Shown here: positions 1 through 10,850 of the stretch, piece by piece
Layout: the number at the start of each line of letters is the position of its first letter
How positions within the stretch are numbered: the stretch's first letter is position 1
NCBI GenBank assembly: GCA_043735935.1
Contig: JAYTDO010000256.1
Coordinates: 1-50,104 of the forward strand
Direction of reading: 5' to 3'
Origin: Chthoniobacteraceae bacterium
GTDB lineage: Bacteria > Verrucomicrobiota > Verrucomicrobiia > Chthoniobacterales > Chthoniobacteraceae
DNA: 50,104 bases
Notes under the pieces: model-generated
What the model was told of the DNA's origin: nothing
The model's database searches: none
The model's input: only the letters and a program-made list of their open reading frames with translations
Translations under genes and position numbers: made by a program

Positions 1-128
1 TCGGCGTCGATTTTCTCATGCTCGGCGCCTCGCAACGGCTCTCCATGGCAAAGCTGCTCAAGGGCAACGTCGTCGCTCAGGTCGCCGCCGGCCTTCCCGA
101 AAACATCCAACTCATCATCCACGGGTAA
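1..128 (+). CDS. 3' end of an APC-type permease / universal stress protein (USP) fusion; partial, 5' end lies outside the window
   Basis: Reading from nt 3 gives GVDFLMLGASQRLSMAKLLKGNVVAQVAAGLPENIQLIIHG, with a TAA stop at 126-128. This is nearly superimposable on the C-terminus of the next CDS (GVDYLMIGASHRRSMTRLLKGNVVEQVARGLPEDIQMVIHG). Confidence 0.7.
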   Translation, partial: GVDFLMLGASQRLSMAKLLKGNVVAQVAAGLPENIQLIIHG

Positions 129-182
129 CGCGCCTCAATCGACCCAATGCCCCCCAGCACGTAGAACCCCCGTAAATACCAC

Positions 183-2000
183 GTGGACATCCCAACCGAC
201 GGCCATCGCCCCCGCAACGTCGACTGGAAGCGCGCCGCCGCCCTCCTCTACGGCGACTGGGGGACCTCCAAAGCCTACGTCATCGGCCTCGCCTTCGCCG
301 CCGCGGGTTTCGCATCCCTGCCGGTCATCATCGCCGTCTGCGCGCTCACCGCGATCGTCGGCTACAACTACTCGATCGTCTGCCGGAACTTCCCCGACGG
401 CGGAGGGGTTTATTCGGCAGCCCGCGAACAAAGCCGCCTGCTCGCCGCCGTCGGCGCCCTGCTGCTGATCGCCAACTTCATCGTCACCGCCGCCCTCAGC
501 GGCTGGGCGGCCATGAGCTATTTCGGCGTGCCGCAGGCGTGGATCGCCCCGGCCACCATGGGCGCGATCGTCTTCCTCGGGCTGGTCAATTTTTTCGGCC
601 CAAAACACAGCGGCACCCTCGCCATCGCGATGGCTGTCCCGACCGCGGTCATCGTGGTCGCGATCATGCTGATCAGCATCCCCAGCCTCTCCACCGAGCA
701 CCTCGTCAAACCCGAAGGGGGATTCCCCCATTTCTGGGTCCAATTCGTCCAAGTGATCCTCGCCCTCAGCGGCGTCGAGGCCATCGCGAGCATGACGGGC
801 GTGATGAAAATCAACCCCGGCTCCGACCCCACTCAGCCGGACGTTTCCCGCACGGCATCAAAGGCCATCTTCATCATCGCCCTCGAAGTCGTGCTCGCCA
901 CCGGGCTGCTCGGCTGGGCGATGCTTTCCCTGCCGCACTCGTTTACGCCGGAGTTGCTCACGCACAAAGAGGACATGCTCCGCTTCCTCGGCAACCATTT
1001 CGCATCGGACCTCACCACGCCAGTCATCGGTTCCGCATTTGGCTGGGTCGTCGGCGTCGTCTTCGGCGTGCTGCTCCTCAGTGCCGTCAATACGGCCATC
1101 GTCGCCGTCATCGGCGTCTTTTACATGATGGCGCTGGACGGGGAATTTCCCCGCACGCTGACAAAGCTGAACCGCTACGGCGTGCCGACGCTCCCGCTCA
1201 TCCTGTCGGCCCTCCTGCCCGTGCTCGTGTTGGTCATCACCAAGGATTTCGACGCTCTCGCCAGCCTTTACGCGATCGGCGTCGTCGGCGCCATCACCGT
1301 CAATCTCGGCTCCTGCTGCGTGAACCGCCGCCTCGCCATGAACGCCGTCGAGCGCATCGTGATGACGCTCACGGCCTTCGTCCTCGCGGCCGTCTGGCTC
1401 ACCATCGCCTACACGATCGACCACGCCCTATTCTTCGCCATCTGCGTCCTCGGCATCGGGCTTTCCGTCCGCGCCTATTCCCACAAAAAGGTCGGCCTCA
1501 AGACCGTCACCGTCTCCGCCGAAACCGCCAACCTCGTCACCGACGAAGCGATCGAGAGCCTGCGGCCGCGCTGCGTCGAGGGGCAAAAAGTCATGGTCGC
1601 CGCCCGCGGCATCACGCCGGTGCTTCGCTTCGCGCTCGAATTCGCCGCGATGAAGAAGGCCACGCTATGCGTCCTCTATGTGAAGGAGATCGCCGTCTTC
1701 CTCGCAGGGCCCGTCCGATCCACTGGTCGTCCGCGCTGGCAGGATGATCCGCAGGCCTCCGCCATCATGTCACTCTGCCTCAAGGTCGGCGAAGAACTCG
1801 GCGTCCCGGTCCTGGCCGTCTATGCCGTCAGCGCCGAACCCGCCGCCACGATCCTCGACTCCGCCGCCACCCTCGGCGTCGATTACCTGATGATCGGCGC
1901 CTCGCACCGCCGGTCGATGACGCGACTGCTCAAAGGCAACGTCGTCGAGCAAGTCGCTCGCGGCCTTCCCGAGGATATCCAGATGGTCATCCACGGCTGA
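183..2000 (+). CDS. APC-superfamily permease (about 12 TM) fused to a C-terminal universal stress protein (UspA-like) domain
   Basis: 605-aa ORF with a GTG start. The N-terminal ~430 aa are strongly hydrophobic and carry an APC-like GGGVYSAA motif. The C-terminal ~150 aa look like a USP fold (KVMVAARGITPVLRFALEFAA...LCVLYV...VDYLMIGASHRR...VVEQV). The antisense ORFs in this region are Arg/Gly/Asp-rich shadow frames. Confidence 0.75.
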   Translation: MDIPTDGHRPRNVDWKRAAALLYGDWGTSKAYVIGLAFAAAGFASLPVIIAVCALTAIVGYNYSIVCRNFPDGGGVYSAAREQSRLLAAVGALLLIANFIVTAALSGWAAMSYFGVPQAWIAPATMGAIVFLGLVNFFGPKHSGTLAIAMAVPTAVIVVAIMLISIPSLSTEHLVKPEGGFPHFWVQFVQVILALSGVEAIASMTGVMKINPGSDPTQPDVSRTASKAIFIIALEVVLATGLLGWAMLSLPHSFTPELLTHKEDMLRFLGNHFASDLTTPVIGSAFGWVVGVVFGVLLLSAVNTAIVAVIGVFYMMALDGEFPRTLTKLNRYGVPTLPLILSALLPVLVLVITKDFDALASLYAIGVVGAITVNLGSCCVNRRLAMNAVERIVMTLTAFVLAAVWLTIAYTIDHALFFAICVLGIGLSVRAYSHKKVGLKTVTVSAETANLVTDEAIESLRPRCVEGQKVMVAARGITPVLRFALEFAAMKKATLCVLYVKEIAVFLAGPVRSTGRPRWQDDPQASAIMSLCLKVGEELGVPVLAVYAVSAEPAATILDSAATLGVDYLMIGASHRRSMTRLLKGNVVEQVARGLPEDIQMVIHG

Positions 2001-2074
2001 GAAATCCGGCAAGGTTTTCCTTCCCCGGCCCGCGATTTCACCGCTAGTTTCCGCACCCTCCCAAACCAAACTTT

Positions 2075-3151
2075 ATGTCTCAAATCCTCAACGCCGCCGT
2101 CGTCGGATGTGGCATTGGCAAAAGCCACATGACCGCGATCCAGAGCATTCCCGAAGCATTCAATCTGGCCGCCATCTGTGAGGTCGATCCCGCCCGTGGA
2201 AAGGAAGTCGGAGACGAACTCAAAGTGCCAAAGGTGTATCACTCGCTCGACGAACTTTGCGCCGATCCGGACATCCACCTCGTCGATCTCGCGACGCCTC
2301 CTCATCTCCACCTCCAGCAGATCAAGCAGGTCCTCGCCGCGGGCAAACACGTCATCTGCGAAAAGCCCCTCGTCTCCTCCCTCGCCCATGTCGACGAACT
2401 GATCGAAGTCGAACGCCACAGCGGAAAACGCATCCTGCCGATTTTCCAGTACCGCTACGGACACGGTCTGCAAAAGCTGAAACTCCTCGTGGATCGCGGG
2501 CTCGCGGGAAAACACTACACCACCAACATCGAGACCTCCTGGCGCCGGCGAGACGACTATTACGCCATCGCGTGGCGTGGAAAGTGGAAGACCGAACTCG
2601 GGGGATGCTGCCTCACCCACGCCATCCACGCACACGACATCCTCACCTACATCTGCGGCCCTGTGGACCGCCTCTTCGCGCGCTGCACCACGCGCGTGAA
2701 TCCGGTCGAGGTCGAAGACTGCGCGGCAATCACCTTCGAACTCGCCGACGGCTCCCTCGCCGGCTCCACCGTCACGCTCGGGTGCGCGGATGAAGTTTCG
2801 CGCCATCGTTTCGTCTTCGAAAACTTCACCGCCGAAAGCAACACGCGGCCTTACGACAGCCCGGGCGATCCGTGGAAATTTGCCGCCGATACCCCCGCGC
2901 TCCAGGCGCAGATCGACGCGGTGCTTGCCGAATTTCAGCCCGAACCTGAGCACTACGCCGGGCAGTTCGTGCGGTTCCACCGCGCCTTGGCGAACGGGAC
3001 AGAACTTCCCGCGACTCTGCTCGACGCCCGCCAGTCGCTCGAAATGATTACGGCCATCTATTATTCGTCGGAAACGGGTCAGCCTGTGAGCTTGCCGATC
3101 GGGAAGGATCATCCGAACTACTCCAACTGGTCGCCGGCAAAATACCGCTGA
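2075..3151 (+). CDS. Gfo/Idh/MocA family NAD(P)-dependent oxidoreductase
   Basis: ATG at 2075. N-terminal Rossmann signature AAVVGCGIGKSH, the family-typical EKP motif (VICEKPL), and a C-terminal alpha/beta dimerisation-type region. Confidence 0.8.
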   Translation: MSQILNAAVVGCGIGKSHMTAIQSIPEAFNLAAICEVDPARGKEVGDELKVPKVYHSLDELCADPDIHLVDLATPPHLHLQQIKQVLAAGKHVICEKPLVSSLAHVDELIEVERHSGKRILPIFQYRYGHGLQKLKLLVDRGLAGKHYTTNIETSWRRRDDYYAIAWRGKWKTELGGCCLTHAIHAHDILTYICGPVDRLFARCTTRVNPVEVEDCAAITFELADGSLAGSTVTLGCADEVSRHRFVFENFTAESNTRPYDSPGDPWKFAADTPALQAQIDAVLAEFQPEPEHYAGQFVRFHRALANGTELPATLLDARQSLEMITAIYYSSETGQPVSLPIGKDHPNYSNWSPAKYR

Positions 3152-3175
3152 GCCAGGGACGCCACCGCGCGCCGC

Positions 3176-3733
3176 CTAGTCCAAATCGATCTCGACCATC
3201 TTCGAGTGGAAACACTCGGGGCAGATGCCGTGCGAGAAATTGCTGCCGGTGTGCTCGTGGATGTAGCTCTCCACCTGCTGCCAATAGTTGCTGTCGTCCC
3301 GCACCCGCTTGCAATACATGCAGATCGGGATGAGTTCCTTGAGCTGCCGGATCTGGGTCGTAAACTCGATGATCCGTTCCGCCACCCGCAGGCGCATCAT
3401 GATGGCCTCGCGATCGAGCGGCTTCGCCATAAAATCGTCGATGCCCGCATCCATCGCCAAGCGGAGCTTTTCGCGTCCGGTGCCGATGGCCGTGAGCAGG
3501 ATGAAATACGTGTACTCGGTCCTCACGCGACCGCGCACCTTCTGGCATAGCTCCAGCCCATCCATGCCCGGCATCATCCAATCGCTGACGATCACCCGCA
3601 CCGGATCGGCGTCGAACATTTCCCAAGCCTCCACTCCCGTCTCTGCCACCCGGACCTCGTGTCCATAGTGGGCGAGCGTGAACTCGAGCACTTTCACCGA
3701 TACAGGGTCGTCGTCTGCAACGAGGATTTTCAT
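3176..3733 (-). CDS. Single-domain response regulator (REC) with a C-terminal Cys4 (CxxC...CxxC) module
   Basis: REC signatures are present: [10 protein letters not shown], phospho-acceptor context [13 protein letters not shown], and FMAKP. The tail reads [40 protein letters not shown]. The ATG at 3733 overlaps the TGA of the upstream kinase (ATGA at 3730-3733). Confidence 0.85.
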   Translation of the reverse strand: MKILVADDDPVSVKVLEFTLAHYGHEVRVAETGVEAWEMFDADPVRVIVSDWMMPGMDGLELCQKVRGRVRTEYTYFILLTAIGTGREKLRLAMDAGIDDFMAKPLDREAIMMRLRVAERIIEFTTQIRQLKELIPICMYCKRVRDDSNYWQQVESYIHEHTGSNFSHGICPECFHSKMVEIDLD

Positions 3734-6700
3734 GCGGCTTTGGCGGGACGCTCACGTTGTAGCGCCAGCCTGACGTAATTAAACTCCTGTTCGACCTGAT
3801 CAATCAACTCCCCGGCGCCGTCGAGCGAACCCCGGTTGGCCAGCGCCTCGATCCGCGCGCACGCTTCGCGCATCCGCACGGCACCGAAATTCGCGCAACT
3901 CCCCTTCAGCGTGTGAGCGGCCCGCGCGAGTTGCGGGCTGGAATGGTGTGTGAGTGCGACTCTCGCTTCGGCGAGGACCTGCGGCGTGTTCTCGATGAAT
4001 AGATCGATGAGTTTCGCGAGGATGCCGCCACCCGCATCCAGCTCACGAAAGCCATCCAGCAACTTCGGATCAACGGCGGCAGGCCCGCCGCGCTCACGCA
4101 CATCCCGTTCGATTTCGCACACTCCGCGGAAGCGATCGAGCGCCCCTTTCACATCCTCGGTCTTGGTCGGTTTGCTGAGATAGTCATCCATTCCCACGGC
4201 GATGCACTTCTCGCGGTCGCCTTCGAGCGAATGTGCCGTCATCGCGACGATCCAGGTATGGCGATCCGTTCCCTCGATCCGGCGCAGTTCACCCGTGGCC
4301 TCGTAACCATCCACCTCCGGCATCTGGCAATCCATGAAGACGACATCGTAACGGACACGTTGCATCGCCTCGAGCGCGATTCGACCATTATCAGCCGTAT
4401 CGGCGATGTAACCAAGTTGCTGAAGCTGATGGAGCGCCACGTTTTGATTCACGATGTTATCCTCGACGATGAGGATCGCCAAATCCTGCGCCGCGCGAGT
4501 TACCTCCACGTCCACAGGTGGCTGCAGTTTCGCAAACCCCGACATGATCGCCCGCGGCTGCTTGCGGCCCGAGACGACCGCGGCCAGCGTATCGTGCAGC
4601 ACGCTCTGTTTGATCGGCTTCGTCACACACGCATCGACCCCCATTTCCTGCATGGCGGAAGGCTCATCCGGGCGATTCAACGACGTCATCAAGACCACAC
4701 GGATGCCGGCGAATTTCGGGTTCGATTTGATCGCTCGGGCCAGCGCCCACCCGTCCATCCCCGGCAGGTGCATATCCACGACCGCCGCATCAAACGCGAC
4801 GCCGCGCGCCGCTTCCGCTTCGAGCAGCGCCATCGCCGCCAACCCATCCGCGACATGCCGATCCAACAGACCCCAAGGCTGGCAGACTTGATGCAGAATC
4901 TCGCGCACGCTCGCGTTACCCTCCACGAAAAGCACGCGCCTGCCCTCCAGCGGGCGGGCGCCGGCCTGAAGCGGCAGGACTCCCTGTGGCTGGAGTGCGA
5001 ACCGAGCCGTGAACCAAAAAGTCGAACCCTTGCCGCGAGCACTCTCGACTCCGATTTCTCCACCCATCTGCCGCACGAGCTGTCTACAGATCGCCAGACC
5101 GAGTCCCGTCCCACCGTATTTTCGCGTCGTCGAACCGTCCGCCTGCGCGAAGGCCTGAAAAAGCTTCGCCTGCACATCGAGCGCGATGCCGATGCCGGTA
5201 TCGGCGACCGTAAACTTCACCAAAACGGCATCGTGTGCCCGCTCGACACACGCGGCCCGCACGATGACCTCGCCGAGATGGGTAAACTTGAGCGCATTGC
5301 CGATCAAGTTGGTCAGCACCTGGCGGAGTCGGCCCGGATCGCCCCGCAACGCCGCAGGCACCCCGGCGTCCACCATGGCCGCGATTTCGATCGTCTTGCT
5401 CAAGGCGCGCTCGGCGAGGAGATCGATCGCCCCATCGACGACGCTGCCCAGATGAAAGTCGATCTCCTCAAACACAAGCATGCCGGCCTCGATTTTCGAG
5501 AAGTCCAGAATGTCGTTAATGATCGTCAGGAGAGCTTCCGCACTCGTCGAGATCGTGCGGGCGAAGTCCCGCTGCTTTCCATTGAGTTCACTGTCCAGGA
5601 GCAGCCCCGTCATCCCCAAGATGCCATTCATCGGGGTGCGGATCTCGTGGCTCATGTTGGCGAGGAACTCCGATTTCAAACGCACGGATTCGATCGCGGT
5701 GTCGCGCGCCTTGGTGATGGCGGCTTCCGCCTCGCGGCGCGAGGTGATGTCCTGCACCGTGCCTTCGAAAAACAGTAGCGTTCCATTCAGATCCCGCACG
5801 GCCCGCGCGCGCTCTGAAATCCAAAGCGTGCTCCCATCGCGGCACCGGATCTCCGATTCAAAATCCGTGACCTCCTCCAGTTCGAGGATCAAACGGATGA
5901 ACTCCGCTCGCCGGTCTGCCTCCACGTAAAGATCGCGCGCGATATCCTTGATCTCGGCCAGCATCTCGCCCGGCGTGCGAAAGCCGTAGAGCTGGGCGAG
6001 CGCCGGATTCACGTCGATGAATACGCCTCCCGGCGTACTCTGGAAAATCCCCTCGATCGCATTCTCGAAAATGCTCCGATATTTCGCTTCCGCCGCTCGC
6101 AGATCTTCCTCGATGCGCTTGAGCGCACTGATGTCTTGAAGGGTGGAGCGCATCCCACGCACTTCCCCAGCGGCGTTCGTGATGAGTTTATGCCGCATGA
6201 GCACCGGAACCGCCGATCCATCCTTGCGCCGAAACGTGCGTTGGGTCGCCTGGAGGCGCAGATCCCTCGAGAGCTCAGACGGGATGTCCTCGTTGTTCGG
6301 ATCCTCCACCGCAAATTCCGAGACTGTCCGGCCCACCATTTCCTCAGCGGCATAGCCGAGCAACGCGAGTTCCGTCTTGTTCACGCGGGTGATCCGATCG
6401 TCGTTGTCGAGTTCGTGATAGGCGACCGGGGCTTCATCAAAAAGATCGCGGAACCGACCTTCGCTCTCCCGCAACGCGCGCTCGGCCCGCTTCTGCTTCG
6501 TGATATCGATGCCCACGCCGCCCAGCAGCATCCGCCCATCGGCTGTCGTGATCGGGAATTTCAGCAACATCCACTCCTTCTCCTCGCCGTTTTCCATCGG
6601 AACCACCTCCACCAACCGCACAGGCCGCCCCGTTTCATACACTTTGCGGTCCGTCGCAGCCGTCATCTCCGCAGTCTCGGCGGGCAGCCAGTCGGCATCG

Positions 6701-7899
6701 GTCTTGCCCTTCAAGTCCACGGCAAACTCCACACCGAACTGCTCCTCGAAGGGATGATTGACGTACATGTAGCGGCCCTCGTCGTCTTTGATGAAGGCCA
6801 CCGTCGGGCTGTGCGCCATGAACGCCTTGAAGCGCTCCTCACTTTCGCGTAGCGCCGCCTCCGCCCGCTTGCGTTCCGTCAGGTCCCGCCACGCGGCGAG
6901 CATCGCCGCGCGCCCCGCGATGTTGACGGGCGTCAGGCATAGTTCGACGGGGAACTCGTCGCCGTCCCTCCGACGCATCCGTGATTCAAATCGATACTCA
7001 CCACATTCCCGGGCGAGCCGCACGGCGTCGTCATGCTTGTCAGCTTCCTCCGCGGGCGAAAGCTCTGACATGGTCGCCGACATCAGCGCGCTCTTGTCGG
7101 GATAGTGCAGCATCAGCACCGCCGAGAGATTGCAGTCCAGGATGGCGCGCCGATCGTCAAACAGCACGTGAGCGTCAGCCGAATGATCGAAAAGCGCCCG
7201 GAATTTCTCCTCAGCCGCGATGACGACCGTGATGTCTTTTGAGACGGCCAAAAGCCGCTCCGGGCGACCATCCGCTCCGAGGATCGGGCTGACGACAACA
7301 TCCCACCAACTCGGCATCCCGCTGAAATTCATCCGAAACCCGCGAAAGCGGCTCATTGAGCCCGCTTTCGCCTGGGCGATGGCCTTCCGCGCAAATCCCT
7401 GCGCGGGTTCATGCCACAATTCCGCCCACGGTCTTCCCAAAAGTTTCGTCACCGCCCGCTGATCCATTTGCTCTAAGGAGGCACCGTCAATCGCAACGAT
7501 GCGACCGTTCAGATCGAGCGTTTTCACGCTTTCCATCGTCGAGCGAATCACGCCCGCCGCGAGCGCGGCCTTTTCGCGCAAGGCCACATCGGCCCGGCGA
7601 TCCGCGCCTCCAAGCCGCAATGCTAACCGGAACGCCGCCCCGAACAACAACACGCTGAGCAATCCGCCGCCGATCAACGTCATCGTCGAAAGTCGCTCGC
7701 TCGCCTCGGCGTCTTGTTTTGCCGTCTGGATCAAAACGCTCCCCTCCCGCTGCCTCGCTCCATCCGCCACCCGTTTGCGAGCTTCCACCGAGTCCAGGGA
7801 AATGATCAGACTCGCCGAGACGACTCCGATCAAAACGGCGATCGCCAGCACGAACGCGATGCGGGCGTGTTTTTCGGTGGAAAACGGCTGACGAGTCAA
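3730..7899 (-). CDS. Hybrid sensor histidine kinase: 2 TM, multiple PAS/PAC, HisKA, HATPase_c, two REC domains, Hpt
   Basis: 1389 aa with a TTG start. There are two N-terminal TM segments and repeated PAS-like blocks (e.g. [63 protein letters not shown]). Also present: H-box [20 protein letters not shown]; G-boxes DTGIGI and GGTGLGLAI; two receivers ([21 protein letters not shown]); and Hpt [14 protein letters not shown]. Confidence 0.9.
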   Translation of the reverse strand: MTRQPFSTEKHARIAFVLAIAVLIGVVSASLIISLDSVEARKRVADGARQREGSVLIQTAKQDAEASERLSTMTLIGGGLLSVLLFGAAFRLALRLGGADRRADVALREKAALAAGVIRSTMESVKTLDLNGRIVAIDGASLEQMDQRAVTKLLGRPWAELWHEPAQGFARKAIAQAKAGSMSRFRGFRMNFSGMPSWWDVVVSPILGADGRPERLLAVSKDITVVIAAEEKFRALFDHSADAHVLFDDRRAILDCNLSAVLMLHYPDKSALMSATMSELSPAEEADKHDDAVRLARECGEYRFESRMRRRDGDEFPVELCLTPVNIAGRAAMLAAWRDLTERKRAEAALRESEERFKAFMAHSPTVAFIKDDEGRYMYVNHPFEEQFGVEFAVDLKGKTDADWLPAETAEMTAATDRKVYETGRPVRLVEVVPMENGEEKEWMLLKFPITTADGRMLLGGVGIDITKQKRAERALRESEGRFRDLFDEAPVAYHELDNDDRITRVNKTELALLGYAAEEMVGRTVSEFAVEDPNNEDIPSELSRDLRLQATQRTFRRKDGSAVPVLMRHKLITNAAGEVRGMRSTLQDISALKRIEEDLRAAEAKYRSIFENAIEGIFQSTPGGVFIDVNPALAQLYGFRTPGEMLAEIKDIARDLYVEADRRAEFIRLILELEEVTDFESEIRCRDGSTLWISERARAVRDLNGTLLFFEGTVQDITSRREAEAAITKARDTAIESVRLKSEFLANMSHEIRTPMNGILGMTGLLLDSELNGKQRDFARTISTSAEALLTIINDILDFSKIEAGMLVFEEIDFHLGSVVDGAIDLLAERALSKTIEIAAMVDAGVPAALRGDPGRLRQVLTNLIGNALKFTHLGEVIVRAACVERAHDAVLVKFTVADTGIGIALDVQAKLFQAFAQADGSTTRKYGGTGLGLAICRQLVRQMGGEIGVESARGKGSTFWFTARFALQPQGVLPLQAGARPLEGRRVLFVEGNASVREILHQVCQPWGLLDRHVADGLAAMALLEAEAARGVAFDAAVVDMHLPGMDGWALARAIKSNPKFAGIRVVLMTSLNRPDEPSAMQEMGVDACVTKPIKQSVLHDTLAAVVSGRKQPRAIMSGFAKLQPPVDVEVTRAAQDLAILIVEDNIVNQNVALHQLQQLGYIADTADNGRIALEAMQRVRYDVVFMDCQMPEVDGYEATGELRRIEGTDRHTWIVAMTAHSLEGDREKCIAVGMDDYLSKPTKTEDVKGALDRFRGVCEIERDVRERGGPAAVDPKLLDGFRELDAGGGILAKLIDLFIENTPQVLAEARVALTHHSSPQLARAAHTLKGSCANFGAVRMREACARIEALANRGSLDGAGELIDQVEQEFNYVRLALQRERPAKAA

Positions 7900-7972
7900 A
7901 ATCGGAAAGAATGACAGAAGCAGGATACAAGCCCCAGCGCACCGGTTTCCCCATCCACTTCGCTGCGGAAAT

Positions 7973-9253
7973 CTACATTTCTCGCGCCCACTCAGGACGT
8001 TGCTTCAGGTGATAGAGCATTTCGCCCGCTTTCGGGACGTAAAGAATCCCCTCGTCTTCCCGATTGGCATAGCTCGCCGGATCGATGCTGGCGGGGTCGC
8101 GGTAACCGAGGTTGATTTCACTACAGACGGCCTCAGGGATGCCAGTCGCTAGCGTTACGCGCACCCGACATTTTTCCACCCCATCCTCATACGTCCCGAT
8201 TCCCCGGACATGCGTGCTGTGGGCGATGGTGCCCCAGGCGATGTGCTTGAACTTGTCCCACTGCTTCAAAAAATAATCCCGACAATGGTAGCCGATCGAA
8301 CGGATGAGGGCGCCGTGGGTAAGGCTGATCTCGTGAATGTGCGGGGCGTAAATGATGAGTTCGCCGCCGTCGGCCACCACCGGCTCCAGCTTGTACATGC
8401 ATTTTCCGCCCACCCACAGCTCGTCATACATCCGTGGCGCGCATGAGAGGACGGTGTGGAAAGGGTGATCCTTGTATTCGATATGAAGCTGCCGCGAGAG
8501 CTCCGAAGCTTCATCCCACGCACCTTCGGGGCTGCCGATGAAAAGCCCGGCCATCTGTGTGTGGTCGACCACCATGCACATGCACAGCTTCGGCACGCTG
8601 ACCATTTGGCCGACCCGATCCACCACCCGGCGCACCGGGGTCCACTTGTTTCCGATGATCATCGGATTGGTCACGACGGCGCCGAGCCAATGGAAAAAAT
8701 TCAGCACATCCGGCCCGCTCACCCCTGGGAAAAGGTATTTGTTTCCCCCGCTGAAGCCGACCACCTCATGTGGGAATACGGGACCGCAGATGACGATCTG
8801 ATCGTAGTCGAAAACGCGCGCATTGATGGTGACGGCGACCTCCATTTCCAGCAGCCCGCCGGTCAGCGCGCGGGTATCCTCGCGGGTGAGGTCGCCGATG
8901 TGACGGAGCGCGGCCGGATTGTCCCATTCGTGGTTAAAGAAACGCACGCCGGCGAAGCGACCCGTGCGCTCTTCCATGGAAATCTCGAGTCGCTCACAAA
9001 TGGCCTCCTCGCTCATCGGCTGGTGAGTGCCGAGGGCGATCATCACATCGAATGCCGCCGTGGCCGCGCCGATCTGCTCGTGGAGCCCTTTGAAAAGAAG
9101 ACCCAGCGGACATGTCCGCGTCGCATCGGGCACGATGAGGAGGATCTTCTGATCCTTGTAATCCTTCGCCGGGCAGGCCTGCGCGATCAGGGAACGGACA
9201 TCGTCGCCTTGGAGGTGGCTGCCGGAGGGAGCAATGTGGGAAAGCGTATTCAT
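7973..9253 (-). CDS. LarA-like (lactate racemase family, DUF2088 N-terminal domain) protein
   Basis: I prefer the ATG at 9253 ([11 protein letters not shown]...) over the longer ORF-track start at 9328. LarA-family features include [21 protein letters not shown] and [17 protein letters not shown]. No larB/C/E genes are in the window. Confidence 0.65.
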   Translation of the reverse strand: MNTLSHIAPSGSHLQGDDVRSLIAQACPAKDYKDQKILLIVPDATRTCPLGLLFKGLHEQIGAATAAFDVMIALGTHQPMSEEAICERLEISMEERTGRFAGVRFFNHEWDNPAALRHIGDLTREDTRALTGGLLEMEVAVTINARVFDYDQIVICGPVFPHEVVGFSGGNKYLFPGVSGPDVLNFFHWLGAVVTNPMIIGNKWTPVRRVVDRVGQMVSVPKLCMCMVVDHTQMAGLFIGSPEGAWDEASELSRQLHIEYKDHPFHTVLSCAPRMYDELWVGGKCMYKLEPVVADGGELIIYAPHIHEISLTHGALIRSIGYHCRDYFLKQWDKFKHIAWGTIAHSTHVRGIGTYEDGVEKCRVRVTLATGIPEAVCSEINLGYRDPASIDPASYANREDEGILYVPKAGEMLYHLKQRPEWAREM

Positions 9254-9374
9254 GGCGGCGCGGGTGATGAGAGTTTCGCGGCGGCCTCCGCAGCGTGTCA
9301 ACGGAGGCTTTATGAAGCGGCGGCGCAAAAATAGCCGTTGACGCTGCCGCCCGTGCTTCCTAGCTTCCGCCCAC

Positions 9375-9496
9375 TTTCATCAAGAGTGACTGAGGGACTG
9401 GCCCTATGAAGTCACGGCAACCGCTCGGAGTCCGCGCAGGCGAACCCCGGGGACCAGGTGCCAAATCCAGTGCCGCGCAAGCGGCAAAAGATGAAC
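9375..9496 (+). promoter_or_regulatory. SAM-I (S-box) riboswitch
   Basis: The sequence reads tTTCATCAAGAG-tgact-GAGGGACTGGCCCtATGAAgtcacGGCAACC...GGTGCCAAATCCAg...gcAAAAGATGAA. All conserved S-box core strings are present. P1 pairs ttcatc (9376-9381) with gatgaa (9490-9495). P2 pairs gtgac with gtcac. The element sits 67 nt upstream of the ATG at 9563 on the same strand. Confidence 0.85.
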
Positions 9497-9562
9497 GAAG
9501 GCAGTTCCGCCGCCGCGGGCTGTTTCCGAGTCGTCACCGACCTTGGTGAGAGTGTCAAACTC

Positions 9563-10828
9563 ATGGAAAAACCCTCTCCTTATTTCAGCAATCTCAAGTG
9601 CCGCGAGTGTGGAAAGCTTTACGAAAAGAAGGCCATTCACGTGTGCGACTTCGACTTCGGCCCGCTCGAGGCGGCCTATGACTACGAGGCCATCCGCGCA
9701 GTGCTCACCCGAAAAGCCATCGAATCGCGCCCGCAGACCATGTGGCGCTACCGGGAGCTTTTGCCGATCGATGGCGAACCGACCGTTGGCACGCAAGTCG
9801 GCTTCACGCCGCTCGTCAACGCGCCCCGTCTCGCGGAGGCGCTCGGCATCCGTGAGCTCTTCATCAAAAATGACACGGTCAACTACCCGACACTGTCGTT
9901 CAAGGATCGCGTCGTCAGCGTCGCCTTGAGCCGTGCGCGGGAACTCGGCTTCAAAGTCGTCGCCTGCGCCTCCACTGGGAACCTCGCCAACTCCGTCGCC
10001 GCCAACGCCGCCAGCGCCGGCCTGAAAAGCTACGTGCTCATCCCCGCGGATCTCGAACAGGGCAAAGTGCTCGGCTCGCTCGTCTACGGGACCAACGTCA
10101 TCGCGATCCACGGCGCCTACGACCAGGTCAACCGCCTTTGCTCCGAGATCGCCGGCAAATATGGCTGGGGTTTCGTGAACGTGAACCTGCGTCCCTATTA
10201 CGCCGAAGGCTCGAAGACGATGGGATTCGAGATTTGCGAACAGCTCGGCTGGCGCATCCCTCGCCACACCGTCGCACCGATGGCTTCCGGTTCGCTCCTG
10301 ACGAAAATCCACAAGGCCTACTCCGAATTCGCCAAGCTGGGACTCGTCGACGCCGCGCCCTTCAGCGTCTACGGCGCACAAGCCACCGGCTGCGCTCCGA
10401 TTTCCCACGCCATGAAGAAAGGCACCGACATCGTCAAACCCGTGCCGAAGCCCGACACCATCGTGAAGTCGCTCGCCATCGGGACGCCCGCCGACGGCTA
10501 TTACGCCATCCACGCCATGAAGCAGACCGGCGGTTGCGCCGAAGACGTGACCGACGAGGAAGTCGTCGAAGGCATCCGCCAGCTCGCCGAATGCGAGGGC
10601 ATTTTTTCCGAGACCGCCGGCGGCGTCACCGTCGCCTGCGCGAGAAAGCTCATCGCCAGCGGCAAAATCCCCGCCAATGAAAGCGCGGTCTTGTGCATCA
10701 CCGGACACGGCCTCAAAACGCAGGAAGCCATCACCGGCAAGTGCGGTGAACCGCGCACCATTAATCCCAGCCTGCGCGAATTCGAAGAGCGGATTTACAA
10801 AACCGACGCCGCGGCGGCTATAGTGTAG
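9563..10828 (+). CDS. Threonine-synthase-like PLP enzyme (MetM-like candidate O-phosphohomoserine sulfhydrylase)
   Basis: I prefer the ATG at 9563 (MEKPSPYFSNLKCRECGKLY...). The ORF-track start at 9458 lies inside the riboswitch. Features are an N-terminal Cys-containing ribbon, the PLP-lysine motif TLSFKDR, and the ThrC/TrpB-fold glycine loop ASTGNLANS. It lies downstream of the SAM riboswitch and upstream of a MoaD-like carrier. Confidence 0.8.
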   Translation: MEKPSPYFSNLKCRECGKLYEKKAIHVCDFDFGPLEAAYDYEAIRAVLTRKAIESRPQTMWRYRELLPIDGEPTVGTQVGFTPLVNAPRLAEALGIRELFIKNDTVNYPTLSFKDRVVSVALSRARELGFKVVACASTGNLANSVAANAASAGLKSYVLIPADLEQGKVLGSLVYGTNVIAIHGAYDQVNRLCSEIAGKYGWGFVNVNLRPYYAEGSKTMGFEICEQLGWRIPRHTVAPMASGSLLTKIHKAYSEFAKLGLVDAAPFSVYGAQATGCAPISHAMKKGTDIVKPVPKPDTIVKSLAIGTPADGYYAIHAMKQTGGCAEDVTDEEVVEGIRQLAECEGIFSETAGGVTVACARKLIASGKIPANESAVLCITGHGLKTQEAITGKCGEPRTINPSLREFEERIYKTDAAAAIV

Positions 10829-10850
10829 AACTCCAACCAAACTGACCCAC

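Noticed and set aside
4231-5778. 515-aa plus-strand ORF, with many further 60-240-aa ORFs in the 3.7-7.9 kb region
   Set aside because: They are antisense or out of frame relative to the 1389-aa hybrid kinase, whose HisKA/HATPase/REC/Hpt motifs are unambiguous.
7918-7936. Sigma-54-like -24/-12 element (minus strand GGGCTTGTATCCTGC) upstream of the hybrid kinase
   Set aside because: It matches only the GG-N10-GC skeleton, with mismatches at several conserved positions (TGGCAC/TTGC). It would leave a leader of only about 12 nt before the TTG start. I found no convincing TGGCAC-N5-TTGC site elsewhere in the window.
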